A stretch of 63,823 nt of DNA, filler included. It is 5 parts of 5 records of this genome, joined end to end, with 100 filler letters (N's around TTAATTAATTAA, not from the genome) between each part and the next. Parts side by side here need not be neighbours in the genome. Positions count along the whole stretch, not along the records: positions 1 to 20,532 come from DRR378314_1341; 4 more parts are not named here. One strand, 5' to 3'. The notes under the pieces are model-generated. The model was given only the letters and a program-made list of their open reading frames with translations. It did not search any database and was not told where the DNA came from. Position 1 is the first letter of the stretch. Each line of letters begins with the position of its first letter. The position numbers were made by a program, and so were the translations under genes. Of the stretch, positions 1-11,233 are shown in pieces.

Positions 1-30
1 CACACACACACACTAAGCACACACACACAC
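1..30. repeat. (CA)n microsatellite at the contig 1 start
   Basis: cacacacacacactaagcacacacacacac, seen directly. Confidence 0.9.
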
Positions 31-221
31 CGCACTTAATGTACACGGCACGCAAAGGCACAGGTGACGCTGTGAGCGGCGCTCCCGACGGAAACGGGCG
101 CAAGGCGCGGCCTGCATACTCCCAGCGCCTTCCCGCCAGATCAATTCAGACACCCACAGCCGAACTCCTCCCACTCGAGGGCCAAAACCCACAGAAAATC
201 CCATAGTACGCAGAACCACCT

Positions 222-959
222 CTACACACGAACAAACGATACTACTATCGCACGTAACAATATGGAAATACGCCACGCGGGTGGAGTGTAAACAACCCAA
301 CAGCAGCAACAACAACGAACGCCACCCGAGCACAAAGAGCAGCTCCGCACCTCGACGTGCAGCTCGCGAGCGACCCGAAGTACCGCGGGCGCTGCACCGG
401 TCCACCCCGTTTCCACTGCAGCTACTGTCGATCCTTTCACAGCTCTGCCGATTATAAATCGATCTCCGACTAGGGTAGCATCGAGTGGAAGATGCTCGAT
501 GCGAAACTCCGCGCCACATCGCGCAGACTTCAGCAGCCACTGCACGACTGCATCAACCGCAGGCGTGCCGCCATGCTGGCTCCCGCCAACAAGCGTTCGC
601 ACAGAACGCACAGCAGCAGGAGGAGAACTCTCGAGCGCCCTCGCGAGAACGATGCACACGGTGGCAGGACACATTGCCTCGACGATCTCAACAATATGTT
701 CCAATATAGTCGATTGCAAAACATCGATGCAAAAGACCATTCGTGCCGCAGCAGAGTACGGGTCGGCTTGTGAGCTGCCCAAGGGAAACTCCTCAAACGA
801 CGCAACCGCGCGAGCTCCAGCCTGCACGAGCCAGCGAAACAGGTCAAGACCGGCCACTCGCTCGGCCGACAACGAGTCCACTGCAAGGAAACGCGGAAGA
901 GGAGTGGGAAATACCCTGCGCGCCGTTAGAAATACACGCGATTCGTTCATCTTACTCAA
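222..959 (-). CDS. Probable exon of a Sec1-like SCFD2/MIP3-type protein (N-terminal part; exon boundaries uncertain, gene probably runs off the contig)
   Basis: VDSLSAERVAGLDLFRWLVQAGARAVASFE ... MVFCI ... IEHLPLDATLVGDRFII resembles the SCFD2/MIP3 N-terminus as I recall it (YIDAG...LLELGARAVCSLE...VHHFPL). Likely acceptor cttgcag| just before 880. Upstream exons unresolved. Confidence 0.45.
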   Translation of the reverse strand: MSKMNESRVFLTARRVFPTPLPRFLAVDSLSAERVAGLDLFRWLVQAGARAVASFEEFPLGSSQADPYSAAARMVFCIDVLQSTILEHIVEIVEAMCPATVCIVLARALESSPPAAVRSVRTLVGGSQHGGTPAVDAVVQWLLKSARCGAEFRIEHLPLDATLVGDRFIIGRAVKGSTVAAVETGWTGAAPAVLRVARELHVEVRSCSLCSGGVRCCCCCWVVYTPPAWRISILLRAIVVSFVRV

Positions 960-2743
960 ATTATTACTGACTGCGTTTTCTCAGGGGACAACAAAGGAGA
1001 TACTAGAAGGACAAACTAGGAAGCCCAAACCTTCCCCGTCATCCATACATCGCTCGCCACTCTGCGGCGCGCGCACTAGCTCGCGAGCTTCGACACACGA
1101 ACAAGCACCCAGCAAACTGTGGCAATGCAAAGAAATAGGTAGATTCCCTTTCCTCCATTTTTTGTCTGGCGAGCAGTACCGCACACTACACTCTCTCAGG
1201 CACGGTATACAAACAGCTTGTACGCGTTGGAATAGGAGCATTCCTCGTCCGAAACGCGAGCGAAGCGGAGATACGCAGGCGCTTGCAACGCTTCGTTCCT
1301 TTGTGCGAACACAACAGTATGCAGAAGCCAAGCAGCACACAGCGCACCGCGAAGATAAGAACCTCCCGCACGGCCATGGGCAACGCTGGACAAGTCAGAC
1401 CCCTACGACCATGCTCGCAATGACGGTGCACCAATTCGTTGAACCCTTTCTGCACGTGGATCTCGGACCTGCGGCCGCTCGCGTTTCCGCGCCGCATGGT
1501 GTGACGTACCTACGACGACAGCGCCTTTCCACAAGTCGGGCCTTGCCGTCCACGGACGGCACAGCAGCGAGCGCAGCGGCCGCCCGCAAACCATGGTCTC
1601 ACCCCAAGCCCCTTGGATGATTGACGCTCCTTAGTTCGGTAAGAATGTAAATCGATGTGCTAGCTTCTTTTGAGGAACAGCACTTGGGCCAAGGGGGAAA
1701 GAAACACAGGTGGCGGTGCAGAGGGCGGACACCGCACGAAGCGTAGAGCAGCAGAGCACCGTCAATCTGAGGAAACCCACCGCCGCCCCGCCCTACCGCG
1801 CTGCAGATCCTCATGGCTGGAGTGACTTTGGCGCATTTGAAGTATGCTCTCCCCTAGTGACAACCATAAAAGGAGTGTTCGCGCGCCGTCCAGTCGCACA
1901 CTGGGCCTGGACCAAAAGAAGCAACAGCAGCGCACAACAGTACGTAGTACGCTTCCATTCTGTAGACACGCGCTGCATTGCGCGCCGATCAGAACGCTTC
2001 GGACCCATCAAATCGAATCCAGCCAAACTCCCCCCAACGAATCAAGAACCATGCATCGCGTCATGTCCATTGAGTACTGGGATTCCCGATAGCACATGAA
2101 GAGGGAAAAGAATGAGCGTACGGGCTAATCGAAAATCTCTGACAGCGACGTTGTCCGGGCCGATATCCGTGCGCGGCGCTCGAAAACGACGCGTCAACTT
2201 CGGCACAGGCTACGTCCTTCACACGCTTCTCTTGATCCATGCCGCAATCATTCGCCCAGTGCAAGGTCCGTTGGCAAATCCCGATACAATACAGGTGCAA
2301 TGGGGTAAGGAACAGGCGCCCCATATTCACCCTGAGCACCCACTTGCTGAGTCATGGCGACGTAGCAGAAGCAAATGCGAGCACAGGGCCCCATTGTGCG
2401 CCGCTAAGCGAAAAAAGGACGAGCGCATCGCTGCTGCCCGCCCTGTCCCAGTTGCTGCACCTTGCCGCCGCCGAAGCTAAATGCAGAAAAACTCATATAC
2501 ATGTTTTATTCTAACCCGCTCGCAAAAAAAGGAAGGCGGGTGCTGTACGTATAGGCCAGTCCTTGCACTGCGCTATCTTTGGTGGACTATCAGATTTACA
2601 GAAGTCTTTCGCATGCTCGCCGGCGAAAGAATGCTCGCCCACAGCGTTGCGCCTCCGGCGAGCTTACCTGGAACACCAACACACTCGCACGCGCTTCCAT
2701 CCATAATTGCACTCCCAGAATACTATGACAATGCACACACTAG

Positions 2744-5700
2744 ATTACACTGACTTCATGGGCGCGTTCCGGTACTTTCCTCCTCGTGCCCTTTGTCGCT
2801 CGGAAACCAGGGGAATGCCCAACGTGGGACGGATCGGTCTGCAGCGGGCGGGGAGTGTGCCAAGTTGCGTGGCTCGACGTAGACGTAAGCGCGTGCGCCT
2901 GCGACGAAGGATACCGCGGCGAAGCGTGCGAAATCAAGACACCAGTGGTGCAGAACAGAGCCATCCGCGTTGATTCCTCCGGCATTGCTTCTATTACACT
3001 AGCGATCGAAGGATCAGCGGCAGCTCCCAGCGTGCGCATCGCCACCAATCCGCAGCACGGGACGCTCTATGCGCAGGGCGCTGGAGGAACCGCAGTGGGC
3101 TTGCCGCTCGTCGCCGGGCCAAAGTTGGGAACGCTGTCGCTGGCTTACCGCCCCGACCCGCTTTTCACGGGAACCGACACATTCACCGTCATTGCCACAT
3201 CGGCAGACGGATTTGACAGCGATCCAGGATCGATTGTTGTCACCGTACCCACATTGGGGGCTATAGGAATCGTGACTGGTGAGAGTGGAGGTCTCGCGGC
3301 GGCCGTAGAGCCCGGCCAAGCAGCGACCGCGTTCTCGCTGGCACCACCCGACGGAGAAGAACAGGCAAGTCTCCTAACCGGGTTCACGACACTGGCGTGG
3401 GTCCGCGTACTCTCGTCCGATCCTCCTGCCGTAGCTACGGAGCTAAGCAGCACCATAGCATCACCATCGACGGAAAAGCGAGAAACTGTAGCACTTTTCT
3501 CCGTTGCAGACGCGCGCGGAAGCGTCCTTCAATTTCGCTCGAAAGATGGCGCGGCAAACGTGCTCTGGCAGCCTCACGGCGGCAGCGCAGTCTCGTGGGA
3601 TGCCCCCCTGTCCGCAGTCGTTGCGGACCGAGCATGGCACCATATAGCCCTGCTTGTAACAGACACAGAAATCGGCATCCTGTTGGATGGTATCCCAGTT
3701 CTCCGCGAAAACACCATAGAGATCGATGGGCAGATCGCTTTGCACGGAGAAACCGCGCTTGTGCTTGGTTCCTCAGCAACCGACGCTCCCGTGCACATCG
3801 GCTTGCACATGGCGCACTTCATGCTCTGGGATGGAGCGCTGGACGGATCTGAGGTGCGCACAGTACTTCAGTCGAAAAACAATCGTCTACTCCTTTCATT
3901 TTCTGCCAGCCTCCTCGCAGAGTACCGTTTCGACGAGTTTACGGAACACGACGGTGGCGCGGTGCCGCAATCGCCTGCCCGCGTGCCTGCCCGGTTGCCC
4001 CTAGCTGCGGCTGTCGATATCCTACGCATTCCGTCAAATGCTGCATCATTTGACTTTTCTCTACGATGTAAAACCGTTCCGGAGCCTTATGATGTTTCCT
4101 TTACGATCGATATGAGTGCAGCGCCTCAGCAAGGATGGGTATTTGGCCGCGACTCAGGGACGCCGCTGCCCACGTCGAACACGGCAGCAAACAGCTTCGA
4201 CGTTGCGGTGGCGGCGGAGTTGACGTACAAATGGGGCGCAGCTCCGCCTGAACCTCTCACGGAAAACAATTTGCTCGGGTATCAAAGGAGTGCACACCCC
4301 CTTGCGACCGTCGGTGGCGCAGCGGGACTTCCTCAGGGCACTGATGCGATCATGTATACGTGTACGAGCACCGGCAGGTCCGCCTCTGCAGTGCTCTTGC
4401 TCGTGCGAAATAACCGCCCGGCGTCAACGGCCGGAGAAGCAGAAGTGTTAGAGAACGCTAGCGCAATGATTCGCATGGATAAATTCGCCAATGATCCAGA
4501 TGGTGACATGCTTACGTATTACGTGAGCTCTACGCCGCAGCGGGGAGAGCTAAAGATGCTTACAGGCCAGGCGCTTGCGCGCGCTGATGGCGACGAACCC
4601 GCCCACATTGATGACGCATATGGCCGGCTAGTCTACACTCCCAATTCGGATGTCATAGCTCCTGCGCAAGACGAGTTTCGGTTTTTCGCATCTGATGGCG
4701 TCGATGTGAGCGAAACACACGCTGTTGTGATTACAATCCTTGCGATAGACAAGTTGCCAGAGCCAACGCCCACCACGCTAACCGTGGAGCAGGATACCCA
4801 GGCGATTGTCAATCTCCCTGGCCTCGACGCAAACGGGGACGTTTTCTCAGCTATCGTAACCGCTTGGCCACAACACTGCGACATATACCAGACAGACGGA
4901 ACTCCAATTGACCCGCATAGTGAGCCAGAGATTCCGCTAGCGCTGTGGGCATCGTCATGCTCCGCGTCTTCGGCGTACCGCTCGGCCGGAAGGTGGAGCT
5001 GCGAAGCTGCGCTCGGAGCGCCAGACGTGCTCGACGCCTCCGGCAGGTCGCTTTTTCGCGAGGACGGCCGCGCCTGGGCCCCGGCACTGCCTGGCGACGC
5101 TGACGAAACCATTCAATTCGGCTTCGATCGTTGTCTATACCCGCAAAGTATTCACGTTTACCAGAATTTTGGACCAACCGGAACATTTTCCAGAATTCGT
5201 GCGCTGGACTGCGCCTCTGGCACGTGGCGCGATATCTGGGCGCCTTTCAACGAGCCCTCACCAACGGACCCCTCCACAACCGCCGGCGTCGCCGCCTCGG
5301 GAGCGTACGAGCGATGGTCTCCCATTCTATGCAACGTATCGTTCGCAACAAAACTTGTTGAAATATCAATGCGCAAACATGGGCAATCCTCGTCCTTCTA
5401 TGTTCAAATCGATGCTGTGCAGCTGGTGGGCTCAGTCCTTCCGCCTGCTGGAGTCGTCGCGTCCGCGACGCGCTCTCTCATCCTGAGGCCCCACTCGCGC
5501 TACCACAGCTACATATCGCCAACGGGCGACTACGTCGACAGAAATACCCTGGCAATATCCGACACTCTTCGATTCCGTGTCAAGTCTTGTACAGTGCAGT
5601 CGAACGACGTAGCTGCTTCCATTTCGGTGCAGAAAATGGCCCCCCACCTCCATGTCGCCGGTCCGGGCTTGGCGCTGCGAATGGACGGGGTGTCCGACAC

Positions 5701-8700
5701 TGCGCGCGTGCGCCTTTCGACATCGGCAAGCAATCTCGTCCGAAATGCAGCAGGTGTCACACTGCAAGCCTACTTTCTCGTCTGTGAAGATGCAATTCTC
5801 CGCGATAGCGTACCGTTACTTACTGCCGAGTCTGACGACACGTCGGGCACACCGTGCGAGTTTGGGCTCGAGCTCCGGTACGACCACGAAAGCGCGCAAT
5901 GGCAAGTCGGAGCTTTCCTGCGCGCCACAACAAACCAAAGCTCAGGCGCACGACTCTCGTGCAGCATTCAGGTCCCTCGTACTACCACATGTACGTGGCA
6001 GCACGTCGCACTTTCATACCGCTCGCGAACAGGGACCCTCTCCCTGATTCTTGACGGCGTCGAAGAAGGAAGCGCCTCCCGAGGCTGCGCCGAGGCGCTG
6101 CAACTGTGTGCGCCGAGTGCGCTCCTCATCGGGGGCGCCACTCGTAGCGCTGTTCATATGGCTGGTGCAGTCGATAGCGTCGTTTTCCTTGCAGCTCCGC
6201 GCCCAGCAGACCTCGTCCGAGATATTGCTGGCACCGGCCTGCCAGCAAACGACCCAGCGCTCGTCGCAGGCGTGTCTTTCGACGATAGCCTGTTCGATCC
6301 TGCCACAGCCGCCGTGCAGTCCGCAGCTGGCGCCGGTGCCGCCAGCCTGGAGCTCGCTGGTGACCCCAAGGACTTCTATGCTGGCGTTGAGCGCCGCGGC
6401 ACCATGCGCGGGCCCGAGCGCGTTATCTCATCGGCACCTATGCGCGGAGGTGGGCTCTTGAATGTCATGGGACACGCCGGTGAGTACATCGAAGCCACTG
6501 TCCAGGCGTCTAACTCGGACAATGAATTGTTTGTCGCCGCGAGAGAGTCGAATCCCGCGCTGGAACCAGACATGCAGGGGGCGTCTGGCACGCTAATACG
6601 AGTGTCGTCGGCATTACTTGCGCTCGAACTTCGTTCGCTGAATCTCGACAATGAGTCGCAAAGCGGGACATGGAGTACAGTGCCTGGAACTGGACCGTCC
6701 ACTGTAGAGAGCGGCGACGAGGACCGCGCCAGCGAGGCACAGATAGACATGCCACTCCCGCACGCGCAGGGCAGCGCCGACACAGGGGCAACCGCATGGG
6801 CTCTCCGTGTACTGCCGCCGCCGTCATGGCGCGGCAAATACACCGTCACGCTCCGTATTGTGGCAGACAACACGCACGCGACAGAGTATACGGCAAGCGC
6901 TGATGCAGAGGTGAACTTCATCATCGTGTGCAAGCCAGGGTGGGCGCTCCATCCAACCGACTCTACGCGTTGCATCGAGTGTCCACAGGGGACATTCTCG
7001 AGCTCGCCGGATGCACCGCAGTGCAAAGCTTGCGAGCCTGGAACATTTGCATCCGATCCAGCCAGTACTCAGTGCACATCGTGTCCGCCAGGGACATTCG
7101 CATCTACGCTGGCAGCCTCGACTTGCTCCCCATGCCAGCCCGGGACGTTTGCGGCATCCGCAGGGCAGGCCGAATGCCAGCGGTGCCCGCCAGGCTATGC
7201 CGCAGGCCAGACAGAGGCTACCGCGTGCACGGCATGCGACCCGTTCTCCTATGCAGATACACAAGGACGAGAAGCATGCTTACCATGTCCTGCCTTTACA
7301 CGCGCTCGTGGTACTTCCGCAACGGACGTCACAATGTGTGAGTGCGATCGTGGTTTCTACCATCCGCGCGGCGCTCGTGGTCTCGCATGCACGCCATGCC
7401 CTGCAGGTGCTCTGTGCGAGGGCGGTTCAGCACTACCGAGACCACGCGCCGGTTTCTGGGCTGATCCAACCGCATGGATTGCTCCTGCCGACCATGTACG
7501 AACGGTTATGTCAGACAGCGATACAGTTTCCCGAGATGCCACCGCTGCACGCGCTCTGCGCCTGCCATCGGCCATCGCGACTGTAGATGGTTTAGCAGGG
7601 CACCACCGTCCAGTAACACCGCTTCCGTTGGCGCACGGTGTCACCCCAATTCTTCTCGTATGTCCAGACTCTGTGTGTACAGAGCCATCAGATGGATTGC
7701 CGACCACATGCAGTCACGGACGCGCTGGTGTGCAGTGCCGCGCGTGCGCATCGGGCTGGTGGAGGAGCGCACCATGGGCGTGCGCCAGATGTGATACGAC
7801 GGGAGTGCAGGCGGCCATGTTTCCCGCTGCGCTCGAGGCGGTCCTCTACGCACTCGCCATTGCAACTGCTGGCCGAGGATCGCGCGCACCAGTGTATACT
7901 CTATTGCGATACATTCAGGGACTTGCATTGATCGCATCCATAGGCGACGGCAGCGGGCAGGGTGCGCTGCAGCCTGGCAGCAGCTGGATGAGCGTGGCGC
8001 AGATTGCGCTCTTTTCCGGTAGCGCAGTCCCGTGGAGCTGCACAGCACCTCTGCTGCAACTCGAGGACGTAACGGAAGGCCTCCAGTCGGGTGCCATAAC
8101 CGCATGGCTGCGGTACCAAGGTAGTGATGAGATATCCTATAATGCACTTTGGTCGCACGGTACCGTTTATCGAGTGATCTGGATCGCGGCGCTCCCGCTT
8201 CTCGTGTGGCTTCTTGCCAAACTCGCTATTGCGCTGCTTGTCATTCGCACGCATGTGGCTCCGCGACTCGAGCGCCTCACCGCACGTCGAAATCCGTCGC
8301 TACACATGCAGCTCCTCCACACGACCTGGGGACGGTTTTTCGTGTCCTCACCAACCGAAGACGATTTGCAGGTTGCACGCGAACGGGCGACTTCTGTGGC
8401 AGTGCACGCACTGTGGTTGAGTGTTCCAGGGGCGGTCTTGTACGGGGCAAGCCTCCTGGCATGGCAAACGGGCGCTTCGCCTGCTCAAGGCGGCGGGGGA
8501 GTAGAGCTACGCGCCAATCGCCATTTCCCAGAAATAATCGCAGCACCATCGCCTCCATTCCTTCTAACAGCAATCGGTGCTGCCCTGTGTGCTGTCTTTG
8601 GTGTCGCTGTGCCGTCTGTATTTGCGTGGATCATCAGCCACTACCAACAGGCCAGTCTCTTGACAAACACAGCAGTGAAAGGGCGCTTCCACATGCTATA

Positions 8701-9220
8701 CATCCGATTCGTACCCCAGCATCGGTACTGGGAGGTGGCTTGCACCAGTGTGTTTGCTATCCTTTCGCTCACCATAGCATTACTCGATCTAGTTCCAAGA
8801 CTGCAAATCACCATTGCGCTGCTACTCGTAATGGCGCTTCTCGCGGCGCATGTGCAACGCACGCCGTATGCAAACGCAACACTTGCGGCATTCGAAGTGA
8901 CCACCCTGTGCGGTCTCGCGCTGGCCGTAGCCGCACGAGCAGGTGCCGTCGATCGTCAAGTGCTTCGGAGCCTTTTCCCCGCTGATGAAAGCAATATTCA
9001 TACAATTGAGGGATTACTGGATATTTCGGCTGCGTACATGCCCATCGTAGCTGTACTGACGGGGCTCGCTGCTACTGCAGTAGCTGGAACTCGTCTTCAG
9101 TACAGCTCGGCGCGTGCAAGAGACCTCGTCAAGGTCAAGCGTCGGTTCCAAATCGACTCGCACGGATCGGTGCGTTCCCGAGCAAACGTGTGCACATGTG
9201 AAGAGTACAAGGTTTTTTAA
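2744..9220 (+). CDS. Giant multidomain membrane protein: EGF, Ig/cadherin-like (Big_9-type) repeats, two LamG/ConA-like domains, FBXL4/pappalysin-type beta-sandwich, Cys-rich TNFR/ephrin-receptor-like repeats, multi-pass TRP-like C-terminus (main exon; 5' exons unresolved)
   Basis: Uninterrupted 2144-aa ORF, open back to a tag| acceptor at 2743. EGF CPTWDGSVCSGRGVC...CACDEGYRGEAC; YRPDPLFTGTDTFT and NDPDGDMLTY Ig repeats; WHHIAL and WQHVALSY LamG motifs; tandem CxxCxPGTF repeats at ~6930-7440; several hydrophobic helices with LYIRF...YWE and PY motifs. Confidence 0.85.
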   Translation: MTLTSWARSGTFLLVPFVARKPGECPTWDGSVCSGRGVCQVAWLDVDVSACACDEGYRGEACEIKTPVVQNRAIRVDSSGIASITLAIEGSAAAPSVRIATNPQHGTLYAQGAGGTAVGLPLVAGPKLGTLSLAYRPDPLFTGTDTFTVIATSADGFDSDPGSIVVTVPTLGAIGIVTGESGGLAAAVEPGQAATAFSLAPPDGEEQASLLTGFTTLAWVRVLSSDPPAVATELSSTIASPSTEKRETVALFSVADARGSVLQFRSKDGAANVLWQPHGGSAVSWDAPLSAVVADRAWHHIALLVTDTEIGILLDGIPVLRENTIEIDGQIALHGETALVLGSSATDAPVHIGLHMAHFMLWDGALDGSEVRTVLQSKNNRLLLSFSASLLAEYRFDEFTEHDGGAVPQSPARVPARLPLAAAVDILRIPSNAASFDFSLRCKTVPEPYDVSFTIDMSAAPQQGWVFGRDSGTPLPTSNTAANSFDVAVAAELTYKWGAAPPEPLTENNLLGYQRSAHPLATVGGAAGLPQGTDAIMYTCTSTGRSASAVLLLVRNNRPASTAGEAEVLENASAMIRMDKFANDPDGDMLTYYVSSTPQRGELKMLTGQALARADGDEPAHIDDAYGRLVYTPNSDVIAPAQDEFRFFASDGVDVSETHAVVITILAIDKLPEPTPTTLTVEQDTQAIVNLPGLDANGDVFSAIVTAWPQHCDIYQTDGTPIDPHSEPEIPLALWASSCSASSAYRSAGRWSCEAALGAPDVLDASGRSLFREDGRAWAPALPGDADETIQFGFDRCLYPQSIHVYQNFGPTGTFSRIRALDCASGTWRDIWAPFNEPSPTDPSTTAGVAASGAYERWSPILCNVSFATKLVEISMRKHGQSSSFYVQIDAVQLVGSVLPPAGVVASATRSLILRPHSRYHSYISPTGDYVDRNTLAISDTLRFRVKSCTVQSNDVAASISVQKMAPHLHVAGPGLALRMDGVSDTARVRLSTSASNLVRNAAGVTLQAYFLVCEDAILRDSVPLLTAESDDTSGTPCEFGLELRYDHESAQWQVGAFLRATTNQSSGARLSCSIQVPRTTTCTWQHVALSYRSRTGTLSLILDGVEEGSASRGCAEALQLCAPSALLIGGATRSAVHMAGAVDSVVFLAAPRPADLVRDIAGTGLPANDPALVAGVSFDDSLFDPATAAVQSAAGAGAASLELAGDPKDFYAGVERRGTMRGPERVISSAPMRGGGLLNVMGHAGEYIEATVQASNSDNELFVAARESNPALEPDMQGASGTLIRVSSALLALELRSLNLDNESQSGTWSTVPGTGPSTVESGDEDRASEAQIDMPLPHAQGSADTGATAWALRVLPPPSWRGKYTVTLRIVADNTHATEYTASADAEVNFIIVCKPGWALHPTDSTRCIECPQGTFSSSPDAPQCKACEPGTFASDPASTQCTSCPPGTFASTLAASTCSPCQPGTFAASAGQAECQRCPPGYAAGQTEATACTACDPFSYADTQGREACLPCPAFTRARGTSATDVTMCECDRGFYHPRGARGLACTPCPAGALCEGGSALPRPRAGFWADPTAWIAPADHVRTVMSDSDTVSRDATAARALRLPSAIATVDGLAGHHRPVTPLPLAHGVTPILLVCPDSVCTEPSDGLPTTCSHGRAGVQCRACASGWWRSAPWACARCDTTGVQAAMFPAALEAVLYALAIATAGRGSRAPVYTLLRYIQGLALIASIGDGSGQGALQPGSSWMSVAQIALFSGSAVPWSCTAPLLQLEDVTEGLQSGAITAWLRYQGSDEISYNALWSHGTVYRVIWIAALPLLVWLLAKLAIALLVIRTHVAPRLERLTARRNPSLHMQLLHTTWGRFFVSSPTEDDLQVARERATSVAVHALWLSVPGAVLYGASLLAWQTGASPAQGGGGVELRANRHFPEIIAAPSPPFLLTAIGAALCAVFGVAVPSVFAWIISHYQQASLLTNTAVKGRFHMLYIRFVPQHRYWEVACTSVFAILSLTIALLDLVPRLQITIALLLVMALLAAHVQRTPYANATLAAFEVTTLCGLALAVAARAGAVDRQVLRSLFPADESNIHTIEGLLDISAAYMPIVAVLTGLAATAVAGTRLQYSSARARDLVKVKRRFQIDSHGSVRSRANVCTCEEYKVF

Positions 9221-9400
9221 AGCAAAGTCTGCCGTTGCTGTCGCAGGACTCGGCAAACGTCCGTTAGTCTTTGGAGACAATACTGCTTGCGCCCACCGCC
9301 ATCGGACGACTGCTCTTGACTAGAAGCGTGTGTTGGCGTTCGAGCTCAATCACGCGATCGTCGCGCCGTTGAAAGTAGACAACGTGCGACTGTGTGCTCG

Positions 9401-10346
9401 ATGTGGGACAACAGCCCATGCATTACCCGTACCGCAGTATCACAAGAGACTTGCAAAGAATCAAGCGCGATTGTGTGTTGTGTGAGCCGTCGCACGCGAA
9501 TGCAGACAGAAAGCGCGTGCGCAAACGCCATAGGCACCCACAGTTGTCTGTCTCCTTGCTGCATCAGGTAGCAGCCGGGTATGCGTTGGCGAGTGCGAAT
9601 TGCTGTCCGAACATTGTAATGAAGCTGTTCGTACGTACGCATCTCCCCATTTCTTTTTGCGTGCGATCGTGCAGTTTGACTTTGCAGTTGAGCCACTCGT
9701 ACTTGGAGAATGGCTCTTGCACGCGTCATCGGAGCGCGTGCAGGCCTTCCGCCATGTCCGCGACGCCATTACTTTCGCAGCTGCATCCGACATAGGTGAC
9801 AAGCTCTCTCCCTTTGCAATGGAAGTACCGTTTTTGCTGAATGTATTAGTATTTGGCAGCTCTGAACAGCGCCAAGATCTCGTAAAAACTATTGAGCTTG
9901 TGCATCAAGTATGCAGCGAGGCGCCACGGAACGATCTGGACCTACGCGCTCTAATTGACCGAGTCCATGCAGCGCAGGTCTGCGCTCTTGTTCTGCGCGC
10001 AAGCCCCCAGGAACGCGACAGCTTGGGCACAGTAATGGCTGATCTGCTCTCATTTTCTAAAAATGAGTACACGGTACGCATACAACAGCACCGCTCTGGT
10101 CTGCAGCGTGGTGTTGACGCAATCCTGCGCGCGGGCAGACGGCAGGGAAAACGGTACATGCACACTTCGGCGTTCACGCGGCAGAGACGCCAGTCTGACA
10201 TCGAGGAAGCAGCTGGGCTCGCGCGCGCTGGGGCCGTCTCCAGCCACTCGCAACGTACTTCTGCTGCCGAGCGCTCAGCATCACGCCCGGTTTCATTTGA
10301 AGATGCCATGCGAAAAGCAGTGCAACGATACTCTGTTGCGCAATAG
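9401..10346 (+). CDS. Hypothetical protein, two-exon model (~268 aa)
   Basis: join(9401..9428,9568..10346): ATG, GT donor at 9429, pyrimidine-rich cag acceptor, phases compatible; includes the 248-aa ORF 9600-10346. No family recognised. Confidence 0.5.
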
Positions 10347-11233
10347 CGCTACGGCAGCAACGGTTCGGAGTGAAAGAGGTACCATTATTCTCGCCGACCC
10401 GTAAAAGGAAAGAAAAAAATCGGTAGGAACGATCACGGCGCGTTGGGCCAGCCAGCGCAGCAGCAGTGACTACCAACTTTCACTGTACAATAATGATGTG
10501 AAACACTGCACAATGTGGAGTAGATCCATTTCTTGTAAACTGCATTCTCTCTTTGTAGAGAGCGCAAAAGAGATGTGCACGGGCAAAGAGAACATCACTC
10601 TGCACGTGTTTCGGGCATACGCGCATTATGCGGTCCCCTATTTCGGTTTAGGCTTCAAGTTCCATCTCCGCAACACGCTCGCATCCTTTTTTTTTCGGTA
10701 ACGCATGAAATGAGAAAGCAAAATACAAGCAATGAGATTTTTCACGTAGTGCCAGCAAAACGACATGATGGCACGGAAAGCTACTCGACCCGCGCACAGA
10801 GAAATAAGGTACACCAAAAGCGAGGCGAGAGCAAGATACCGCTTGCGATAGCCGACCAGCGCATAGTCACGCAACTGCTGCACGGCCGCGCCTGCACTAC
10901 CCTTCCGCATGGTGACCTGTACATTTTATTTCAACAATTGCACCGTTCGCCTCCAAACACCAACATATATCACGAGACGTGCATGCTTCGTCGCAGAAAC
11001 CGCTTGGTAGCAGAGGGGGGAATCACTGGCGCGCCGTAAGGCAACATGGTGCAGCGGTTGCTAGCATGCTCCTGTGCTCTGTTGCGCACGGGAACGTGCA
11101 TGCCCGACCGCTCACAATTGAAAATAGTAGAAGACGAGCCGGTCTGCTTAGATGCACGACATTCGACGCTGTGGTTTGCCCTGTACCCGCACTCGCCCAT
11201 TGGCGTCATGCTACACTTGGCTAAGCGACTGCG

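Noticed and set aside
499-1620. 373-aa + strand ORF
   Set aside because: Ser/Thr/Arg-rich, no motifs, and antisense to the more protein-like minus-strand exon.
6930-7440. Periodic sequence that might be a DNA repeat array or CRISPR
   Set aside because: The periodicity is at the protein level (CxxCxPGTF repeats); there are no identical DNA repeats with spacers.
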